Assembly: GCA_049718765.1 (NCBI GenBank)
Contig: JBNARI010000001.1
Location: 5,508-69,507 of the forward strand
DNA from: Bacillota bacterium
GTDB taxonomy: Bacteria > Bacillota > Sulfobacillia > DUMF01
Direction: 5' to 3'
Length of the DNA: 64,000 nt
Under the pieces are notes generated by a model. It made no database searches and had not been told where the DNA came from. It saw only the letters and a program-made list of their open reading frames with translations. This document shows positions 57,513 to 64,000 of the stretch, piece by piece (the first letter of the stretch is position 1; every line of letters starts with the position of its first letter). The position numbers were made by a program, and so were the translations under genes.

Positions 57513-58443
57513 AATAGCCACCAGGGAAGCGTACGGCCAAGCCCTGGTGGAACTAGGCAAGGAGTTTCCAGAAATAGTGGTGCTTGACGCGGACCTTTCC
57601 AAGTCCACAATGACGGCCAAGTTTGCAGCAGCGTTTCCCCACAGGTTCTTCAACGTGGGCATTGCAGAAGCCAACATGATGGGCATTGCTGCGGGGCTGG
57701 CGGCAAGCGGCAAGATCCCATTCGCCAGCACCTTTGCAGTGTTTGCCGCTGGAAGGGCGTTTGATCAGGTGAGGCAATCCGTGGGTTACCCTGGGCTTAA
57801 CGTGAAAATCGCTGCAAGTCACGCGGGCATAACTGTGGGAGCAGACGGGGCCTCTCACCAGTCCATCGAGGACATTGCCCTCATGAGAGTGATACCGGGC
57901 ATGTGCGTGATCGTGCCTGCAGACGGCGCGGAGACCATGGAGGCGTGCAGGGCGGCGGTGATGCACCGGGGACCTGTTTACCTGAGGCTTGGCAGACACC
58001 CTAGCCCCGTTCTCAAGCAGAAGTGGGATTTCCGTTTGGGTAAGGCTAGCCTGCTAAGTGAGGGCAAGCACGTCACCATCATCGCATGTGGCACGATGGT
58101 GAGCGTGGCCCTGAAGGCTGCCCAGATCCTAGAATCGGAAGAAATCAGCGCAAGGGTGCTCAACATGTCCACAATAAAGCCTTTGGACGTGGACTGTGTT
58201 GTGGAGTCTGCCAAGCTAACCGGGGCAGTTGTGACTGTGGAGGAACACTCGGTAATTGGAGGCCTGGGCAGCGCGGTGGCGGAGGTGCTGGTCAGGGAAT
58301 ACCCGGTACCGGTGCAAATGGTGGGCATTCAAGACTGCTTTGGACAGTCGGGGAGCGCAAGCGAACTGCTGGAGTTTTACGGGCTCACGCCACGTAGCGT
58401 TGCGGAGGCTGCTAGGAAGGCGATTGCCATGAAACGCCTGTGA
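57499..58443 (+). CDS. Transketolase, C-terminal (pyrimidine-binding) subunit
   Basis: 314 aa. FFNVGIAEANMMGIAAGLA.. pattern. Overlaps the N-terminal subunit gene. Confidence 0.93.
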   Translation: MDRTEIATREAYGQALVELGKEFPEIVVLDADLSKSTMTAKFAAAFPHRFFNVGIAEANMMGIAAGLAASGKIPFASTFAVFAAGRAFDQVRQSVGYPGLNVKIAASHAGITVGADGASHQSIEDIALMRVIPGMCVIVPADGAETMEACRAAVMHRGPVYLRLGRHPSPVLKQKWDFRLGKASLLSEGKHVTIIACGTMVSVALKAAQILESEEISARVLNMSTIKPLDVDCVVESAKLTGAVVTVEEHSVIGGLGSAVAEVLVREYPVPVQMVGIQDCFGQSGSASELLEFYGLTPRSVAEAARKAIAMKRL

Positions 58444-58542
58444 GACCCTGGTTAATGTCAAAATTTGTAGGGCAGTTGTTACTTCCGAAAAAGAGGATTT
58501 AGGGCGCATTATGTCGAAAAGGGGATTGGTGGAGCTGGTGCC

Positions 58543-59232
58543 ATGGGTCCCCTTATTCGTTTTATTCAGGTGACGAAAGTCTACGCCAACAACTGTGTTG
58601 CCCTCAGGGGCATTAATCTTTCCATAAACAAGGGAGAGTTCGTGTTCGTGACGGGCGCAAGCGGCGCTGGGAAATCCACCCTGTTGAAGCTCATATATGG
58701 GGAAGAGTCCCCAACGTCTGGAGACGTGATTGTGGACAGCTGGAACTTAAGCAGGATTTCCCGGAAGCAGCTGCCATACTTGCGCAGACAAATTGGAGTG
58801 GTGTTTCAGGACTTCAAGCTGCTGCCGGACCGCACGGTGTACGAGAACGTGGCATTTGCGTTGAGGGTGACGGACGCCTCTCGCTTAACCATAAGGAGAA
58901 GGGTGCCAGCGGTGCTTGAGCTTTGTGGTATCAGGGAAAAGGCTGACTGCATGCCCCACGAGCTTTCCGGAGGGGAGCAGCAAAGGGTGAGCCTTGCCAG
59001 GGCGCTGGTGAACAACCCCATGGTCCTGCTTGCCGACGAGCCAACTGGCAACCTCGACCCGGATACCACCTGGGGCATATTTAAGCTGCTCGAGGACATC
59101 AACGCCATTGGCACCACAGTGGTGGTGGCCACCCACGCTCAAACCATAGTTGACTCCCTGCGCAAGCGCGTGGTCACCTTGAGGGACGGCGCGCTCGAGA
59201 GCGACCAGGCAAGGGGGATGTACCGAGCGTGA
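58543..59232 (+). CDS. ftsE: Cell-division ABC ATPase FtsE
   Basis: Walker A GASGAGKST, signature LSGGEQQR, Walker B LLADEPT. Confidence 0.95.
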   Translation: MGPLIRFIQVTKVYANNCVALRGINLSINKGEFVFVTGASGAGKSTLLKLIYGEESPTSGDVIVDSWNLSRISRKQLPYLRRQIGVVFQDFKLLPDRTVYENVAFALRVTDASRLTIRRRVPAVLELCGIREKADCMPHELSGGEQQRVSLARALVNNPMVLLADEPTGNLDPDTTWGIFKLLEDINAIGTTVVVATHAQTIVDSLRKRVVTLRDGALESDQARGMYRA

Positions 59233-60116
59233 GGGCCAGCACCTGGGCGTACATGGCGGCAGAGGCCGTTGCTAGCTTCCGCCGCAACCGTTTTATGACC
59301 CTGGCTTCTGTAACTACTGTGATGCTTTGCTTGACGGTGCTTGCGGGGATGTACGCTGTTACCTGCAACGTGAACAAGCTGATCCAGGTAACCGAAGCCC
59401 AAGTGGAGATCAGGGCGTACTTGTCACCCAACCTGGACTCCAAAGGGCTCAAGGCTCTCCAGGACCAGCTAAAACAGATCGAAGGGATTCAATCTTTCAC
59501 GTACATCTCGAAGGAACAGGCATTGGAACAAATGAAGCAGCAGTTTGGGGACAGGAAGGGGCTTCTCGAGGGCATTGAAAAGGTCAATCCCCTGCCCGCT
59601 TCCTTCCAAATAAAGGTGACTGATCCTGCCGTACTAGGCCTCGTGGCAGAAAAGGTCAAGGCCTTATCTGGAGTGGACGAGGTGGACTACCAGAAGGACC
59701 TGGTGGACAAGCTGGTAGCGGTCACACGGGGGCTAAAGGTGGCCAGCACCGTGCTCATAGCGGCCCTGGGAACTGTAACTGTGCTGGTGATATCCAACAC
59801 CATCAGGCTGACAGTGTACGCCAGGCGCAAGGAAATCGCCATCATGAAGCTGGTGGGTGCAACGGACACCTTGATCAGGGTGCCCTTGGTGCTTGAAGGC
59901 ATGCTCCTGGGGTTGCTTGGAGGGCTGGCGGCGGGGATTTGCACCAGCTTGGTTTACGGTTACGTGTTCAACCTGGTGGTCTCGTCAATGCCTTTCATAC
60001 CCCTTGTTTCCCCAGGGGCACTCTGGGCGAAACTGCTGTGGCTGACCCTGGCTGCGGGAGGAGCAATAGGTGTGACTGGCAGCGCCCTTTCCATAAAGCG
60101 CTTCCTGCAAGTGTGA
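59229..60116 (+). CDS. ftsX: Cell-division permease-like protein FtsX
   Basis: 295 aa. TM1, an extracellular domain, then 3 TM segments. GTGA overlap with ftsE. Confidence 0.9.
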   Translation: MRASTWAYMAAEAVASFRRNRFMTLASVTTVMLCLTVLAGMYAVTCNVNKLIQVTEAQVEIRAYLSPNLDSKGLKALQDQLKQIEGIQSFTYISKEQALEQMKQQFGDRKGLLEGIEKVNPLPASFQIKVTDPAVLGLVAEKVKALSGVDEVDYQKDLVDKLVAVTRGLKVASTVLIAALGTVTVLVISNTIRLTVYARRKEIAIMKLVGATDTLIRVPLVLEGMLLGLLGGLAAGICTSLVYGYVFNLVVSSMPFIPLVSPGALWAKLLWLTLAAGGAIGVTGSALSIKRFLQV

Positions 60117-60125
60117 AGTGGCTGT

Positions 60126-61298
60126 GTGGAGGAAATGTGTATGGGGTTGGGAAAGAGGCTCCGCGTCTCCTGGAGCGCGCTAATAGGGTTGCTCTTGGTG
60201 CTCGGCTTGCTGAGTGCGACACCCAGGGCAGCGTATGCTTCCAATGACTTGGAACAAAAGCTGAAGCAGCTCCAGGAAATACAGGAGAAGATTAATCAGG
60301 CCCAGAAGGCGCTGGAACAAAACAAAGCCAACCAAAGGAAGGTGCTTTCGGAGCTGCAAAAGCTGGAGCAGGCCATGCAGCAAACCAGGAAGCAGCTGGA
60401 CAGCGTCTCCTCAAGGCTTGAGGAGGCCAAAGCCGAGGTTAAGGCGGCGGAGCAGCGCCTTGCCCAGGTTAGGGAGGAGCTGTCCCAGAGACAGCAGCTG
60501 CTTGCGGCCCGTCTGCCAGCAATATACAAGCTTGGGCCAGTGAGCTACCTTCAAGTGGTGCTGGCTTCCACGAGCTTTTCAGACCTGCTCACAAGGATAA
60601 GGCTTGTTACCAGCCTCATCGAGTGCGACAAGCAGCTGATTTCATCCCTAAGCGAAAAGGAAGCAGAATGCGCTGCCGCTCTGTCAGACTTGGAAAAGAA
60701 GCGCGCGGAGCTGGAGAACCTCAAGTCCACTTACGAGGGCAGAAGGGTTGAACTGGCTTCCAGGAGCCAGGAGAGGGAGCAGTACCTTAAGAAGCTGAAG
60801 GAAGACTCAATCGAATGGGAAAAGGCCCTGGACGAGTGGGAAGAGCTATCTGAGAAGTTAGGCGAGGAAATCCGTGCCCTGCAGGAAAAGGAAGGGTTCG
60901 TGCGCACGGGTGAAATCCAGATGATTTGGCCCTTGCGGGGCACGATAACCTCGAGGTACGGGATGAGGTATCACCCGATCGTGAAGCGCTACCGACTCCA
61001 CTCGGGCATAGACATTGCGGTGCCCGTGGGGCGCCCTGTGATGGCTGCTGAGTCCGGAGTGGTAATCCAAAGCGGTGTTCTTGGGGGATACGGCTACGCC
61101 GTGGTGATAGACCATGGCAAAGGTGTGTCCACGCTCTACGGCCATTGCTCAGCCTTGCTGGTTAATGTGGGGGACGTGGTGAGCAAAGGCCAGGTGATTG
61201 GCAGGAGCGGCAACACGGGTTTGAGCACTGGCCCGCACCTTCACTTCGAGGTGCGCGTGAACGGTTCCCCGGTCGACCCCCTGCGCTACCTGCCCTGA
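60126..61298 (+). CDS. Coiled-coil M23 peptidase (EnvC/PcsB-like FtsEX partner)
   Basis: Signal anchor, about 230 aa of coiled coil, then a C-terminal LytM domain (HSGIDIA .. HLHFEV). Confidence 0.85.
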   Translation: MEEMCMGLGKRLRVSWSALIGLLLVLGLLSATPRAAYASNDLEQKLKQLQEIQEKINQAQKALEQNKANQRKVLSELQKLEQAMQQTRKQLDSVSSRLEEAKAEVKAAEQRLAQVREELSQRQQLLAARLPAIYKLGPVSYLQVVLASTSFSDLLTRIRLVTSLIECDKQLISSLSEKEAECAAALSDLEKKRAELENLKSTYEGRRVELASRSQEREQYLKKLKEDSIEWEKALDEWEELSEKLGEEIRALQEKEGFVRTGEIQMIWPLRGTITSRYGMRYHPIVKRYRLHSGIDIAVPVGRPVMAAESGVVIQSGVLGGYGYAVVIDHGKGVSTLYGHCSALLVNVGDVVSKGQVIGRSGNTGLSTGPHLHFEVRVNGSPVDPLRYLP

Positions 61299-62389
61299 CG
61301 CCTGGCTAGCTTGCCAACAATCAGCAGCAAGAGGGGAAGTCCCACTTCGAACAATGGGCTGTACACTGGCCAGGTGTACCTGGCGAAGTCCAGCTGCTCA
61401 GTTACGTTATCGTAGAGTAACATTGAAAGCCCTGTCATGATCAGTGCAGAGGGTAAGACCAAGGGTGACTGTTGTCTGAGACCCAGGAGCTGGGCGCTTC
61501 CCGAAACGAAGGCGTAAAGGCACACCCCAATCTTGGTGAGACCCGTGCACATCCAGATGATCACAGGGAACACTTCCATCCGCTCCACGAAGGCCCCAAT
61601 GCTAACGCACCTGGCTAAGGAATGTACTGAGTAAAGACGCGAAGCAGCCTGGGGACCGAAGCACGCCGTGACTACCACTGTGGCCAGGACAAGCAGAGTG
61701 CCTCCCAGGATCAGAGAACTGATCCACACCCGCGACGCGTCCTTGCCCCATTGCAGGTAGGGCGTGACCATGGTGAAAAGCACTGTTTCCCCAAACGGGA
61801 ACGTCAGGGGCACAAGGCTGGTCTTGAGCACGGGCCCAATGCCCTGTTCCAAAGGGGGCAGCAGCCTGCCGAGGTCCACGTGGCGTATAGTTAAGCAAAG
61901 CAGCAGGAACAGTGCCACAGAGGGCAACACCACCAGGATGGTCATTTGATTCAGCCTGGAGAGCACCTCGAGACCTCCAAGCAGTCCTGCTACCACCACT
62001 ACCATGGTCAGGCCATGTATGACCACTTGAGGGGTCCCTGGCAGGAGGGTGACTACCAGGAAGTCGCCGAAGTTCCTGACCACCAGGGCGCCCAGGTGTA
62101 GCGCAAACCACAAGAAACAAGTGGCCAAGACGGTGCCAATGGTGTGGCCCAAGGCTTCCCTGCACGCCTCCACCAAGCTTTTTCCGGGGAAAACCTCTGA
62201 AAGGGCAGGGTAGAGGCGTGCTAGGGGGACCGCGGCCATCAGGGCAAGTAAGACGCAAAGCCAGCCATCCTGGGCGGCTCCCCCTACTACTGCCGAAGGG
62301 ATGATGATGAAAGCGCTGGCCAGCAAGAAGTTGACCATAAGGGCCAGCAGCTGGCCCGAGGATATCCTGGGCTTTGTTGTTGCTTTCAC
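61286..62389 (-). CDS. Spore germinant receptor B subunit (GerAB/Spore_permease family)
   Basis: GTG 62389 makes a GTGA overlap with the upstream small gene. ISSGQLLALMVNFLL N-terminus. 10 TM segments. The track ORF extends further upstream. Confidence 0.85.
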   Translation of the reverse strand: MKATTKPRISSGQLLALMVNFLLASAFIIIPSAVVGGAAQDGWLCVLLALMAAVPLARLYPALSEVFPGKSLVEACREALGHTIGTVLATCFLWFALHLGALVVRNFGDFLVVTLLPGTPQVVIHGLTMVVVVAGLLGGLEVLSRLNQMTILVVLPSVALFLLLCLTIRHVDLGRLLPPLEQGIGPVLKTSLVPLTFPFGETVLFTMVTPYLQWGKDASRVWISSLILGGTLLVLATVVVTACFGPQAASRLYSVHSLARCVSIGAFVERMEVFPVIIWMCTGLTKIGVCLYAFVSGSAQLLGLRQQSPLVLPSALIMTGLSMLLYDNVTEQLDFARYTWPVYSPLFEVGLPLLLLIVGKLARRQGR

Positions 62390-62610
62390 CTCATCAGCTC
62401 CGCCAGGGGCCGGAAGATTGCCTCTATGGTTTTGGTGGGGTTGGGCAGCCTGATCCCCATTGCCTGGGGGATGCAGAGCGCTGCGCCAAGGAGCATGTAC
62501 ACCGTGAAGGCTGCAAGCTCCCGCCACATCTTATTCTTGACAAGTGGGGGTACCTGGACTGCTGCAACCCCGGCCAAGATCGCCACAACCAATAGCACCA
62601 CCGCACTCAC
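62386..62610 (-). CDS. Small two-TM membrane protein, germinant-receptor D-subunit-like by position
   Basis: 74 aa with two hydrophobic helices, wedged between the GerC and GerB genes. Start ambiguous (GTG 62610, 62601 or 62598). Confidence 0.5.
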   Translation of the reverse strand: MSAVVLLVVAILAGVAAVQVPPLVKNKMWRELAAFTVYMLLGAALCIPQAMGIRLPNPTKTIEAIFRPLAELMR

Positions 62611-62616
62611 GGCCTC

Positions 62617-63810
62617 CTACTTAGACACGTGGGGGCTCCTCATGATTAGCCCTATTTCCCTCACGCGGGCTTCTACGGAAATATCCACCGTGCACCGGGC
62701 AAACTCCTGGTCCCACCTTTCCTTAATGAAACGCCATTCCCGCTTGAACCGGCGATGGAAAGCGCTGCCAAATCCGAATATGTCAAGCCCCAATTCCCTT
62801 TGGGCCTTGTGCAGCACCCGGGAGATACTGAATTCTACATGCCGTGCGATTGCTTCTTCCAGCTTGCGCAGTTTGTCGGGTGTGGAGACGTCTTCCAAAC
62901 ATTGCTTTTCTATCATGTCTGCTTCGAGCTTAACTTCCACATGGAAGCTAGGAGCTGCCCCGTTCCAGCTGGGTACAATCTTCACGTGGGAATTCCTCAC
63001 CCTGAAGCTCATGGACCTGTCTGGCTCCGACATTCCCGGCATGGTGATGAGTTTGCCCGCCATTTCCCCTTTGAGCCAGAGGAGTCCTTGGGTTTCCACC
63101 TCATCCAGCCAGCCCTTCATGGTGTCCCCGCGGAACGCCGCGCTGCCAGACACCTTGACGTGGTCTTGTCCCTCACCTCCTTCCCCAGCGGGTTTGCCGG
63201 GCGTGACTCCAGGTGGGCACACTGCCACCCTAGGCACCACCGCCTGGATGCCTTCGCTGGTGAGCATTTCCACGAACTCGTGGAATTGCACCGAATGGAC
63301 AGCTCCCATCCGCATGAGGAACCCAGCTGCTTGGGCCGAAGTCCTCTCCAAGCTGGAGGAGGTTTCGAGCACTTGTTTTGCTTCGCCGTCTGCCACCAGC
63401 ACCCACATGGTTTCCCGGGGCTCCCTGTCCCTTGCGAAGAAGTCGGTCGCCATGTTTGCCCCTCGCTCCGCAAGGGCTCGCCCCAAGACCAGCACGATGC
63501 AGTGGCCCCAGTAGATCTCCCTCGGAACGCGAGACGACAGGTGTGCCTCTGCCTCTTCTATTGTGCGTCCCTCTGCAGACACCACCCAGCTTGCTGCCTG
63601 GTCGGTTCCGCCGCCGCCTGATTGCGCCCCGGCTGCGCCACAAGCTGACTTAGCAATTTGCAGGGTGAGCCTGATTTGCCCTTCGGTCGTTAGGTCTACC
63701 CCAGCCCCCAGTACTATGGCGATTTCGGTTATTTCTTTCCTGCTCCAGCAGCCCGTGAGGGCGTTACTCACAAGAAGGAGCAGTGCCAGCAGGGCCAGCT
63801 TCCTTTGCAA
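62617..63810 (-). CDS. Spore germinant receptor C subunit (Ger(x)C lipoprotein)
   Basis: Lipobox LTGC. CWSRKEITEIAIVLGAGVDL is the typical GerAC N-terminus. 397 aa. Confidence 0.9.
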   Translation of the reverse strand: MQRKLALLALLLLVSNALTGCWSRKEITEIAIVLGAGVDLTTEGQIRLTLQIAKSACGAAGAQSGGGGTDQAASWVVSAEGRTIEEAEAHLSSRVPREIYWGHCIVLVLGRALAERGANMATDFFARDREPRETMWVLVADGEAKQVLETSSSLERTSAQAAGFLMRMGAVHSVQFHEFVEMLTSEGIQAVVPRVAVCPPGVTPGKPAGEGGEGQDHVKVSGSAAFRGDTMKGWLDEVETQGLLWLKGEMAGKLITMPGMSEPDRSMSFRVRNSHVKIVPSWNGAAPSFHVEVKLEADMIEKQCLEDVSTPDKLRKLEEAIARHVEFSISRVLHKAQRELGLDIFGFGSAFHRRFKREWRFIKERWDQEFARCTVDISVEARVREIGLIMRSPHVSK

Positions 63811-64000
63811 CCTTGTTCCCGCCCCTTCCCTTGAGCAGTGCTACCGTCAGCAGCAAGAGAGGAACCACCGCCTCGAACACCAGGGCGTAGGGTGGCCAAA
63901 CCCGTTTTATGAAGTCCATGAGGTCCACTATGTTCCTGCACAACATGGCCAAGCCCAGCAGTACCAGGCCAATTGGCGCCACCAGGGGGCGGTAGTCTTT
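63764..64000 (-). CDS. 3' end of a second GerAB-type (B subunit) gene, truncated by the window edge
   Basis: Frame is open to nt 64000. C-terminus DFIKRVWPPYALVFEAVVPLLLLTVALLKGR parallels the end of the other B subunit (DFARYTWPVYSPLFEVGLPLLLLIVGKLARR). Confidence 0.6.
   Translation of the reverse strand, partial: KDYRPLVAPIGLVLLGLAMLCRNIVDLMDFIKRVWPPYALVFEAVVPLLLLTVALLKGRGGNKVAKEAGPAGTAPSCE

Overview
Core-chromosome segment from what looks like a GC-rich, endospore-forming, flagellated Bacillota (Firmicutes-like) bacterium with SLH-anchored surface proteins. Gene order parallels two Bacillus subtilis neighbourhoods as I remember them: (a) rho ... rpmE-prfA-prmC-ywlC-ywlE-rpiB-ywlG-upp / ATPase / murA-spoIID-spoIIID-mbl-flhOP, and (b) comF-flgM-flgK-flgL-hag-fliD-fliS-fliT ... 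secA-prfB. About 75 protein genes are supported. I saw no rRNA, tRNA, CRISPR, transposase/integrase or recognisable defence genes. Blocks: 0-4.6 kb: PIN-like gene, orphan receiver, hotdog protein, Cys-rich repeat protein, tal, rho. 4.6-14.1 kb (minus strand): mnaA-tagO, dCMP deaminase, upp, ywlG-like, rpiB, ywlE-like, tsaC, prmC, prfA, DUF1385, rpmE. 14.2-22.9 kb: nine-gene A/V-type ATPase operon in the order G-I-K-E-C-F-A-B-D. 23-26.3 kb: murA-spoIID-spoIIQ-like-spoIIID. 26.3-32.5 kb (minus strand): two HD-GYP genes, a small membrane protein, mbl, a c-di-GMP-I riboswitch, then rod genes flgF/flgG and a FlgJ-like gene. 32.7-35.4 kb: one hypothetical gene, hpf, metK. 36.2-44.3 kb: comFC-flgM-flgN-flgK-flgL, flagellin, fliD-fliS-fliT-like. 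44.3-46.5 kb: DnaA-box cluster, csp, GerMN-SLH protein. 46.8-50.6 kb: secA and prfB (with +1 frameshift). 50.6-56.7 kb: csaB/glycosyltransferase/tagA cell-wall polymer cluster. 56.7-61.3 kb: split transketolase, ftsEX plus an M23 activator. 61.3-64 kb: germinant receptor genes. Honest verdict: I did not find a clearly new multi-gene system. The best leads are these. (1) A class-I c-di-GMP riboswitch with a terminator sits between mbl and the rod genes, on the same transcription unit as the two HD-GYP phosphodiesterase genes. (2) FliD carries an inserted lectin-like beta-sandwich domain. (3) Four co-oriented DnaA boxes lie in an ORF-free spacer far from any dnaA. (4) A Na+-type V-ATPase operon occupies the slot that normally holds the F1Fo atp operon. 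All calls come from reading the sequence and the ORF track by eye. Small-motif coordinates are hand-derived and may be off by 1-2 nt. Family names are recollections, not search results.
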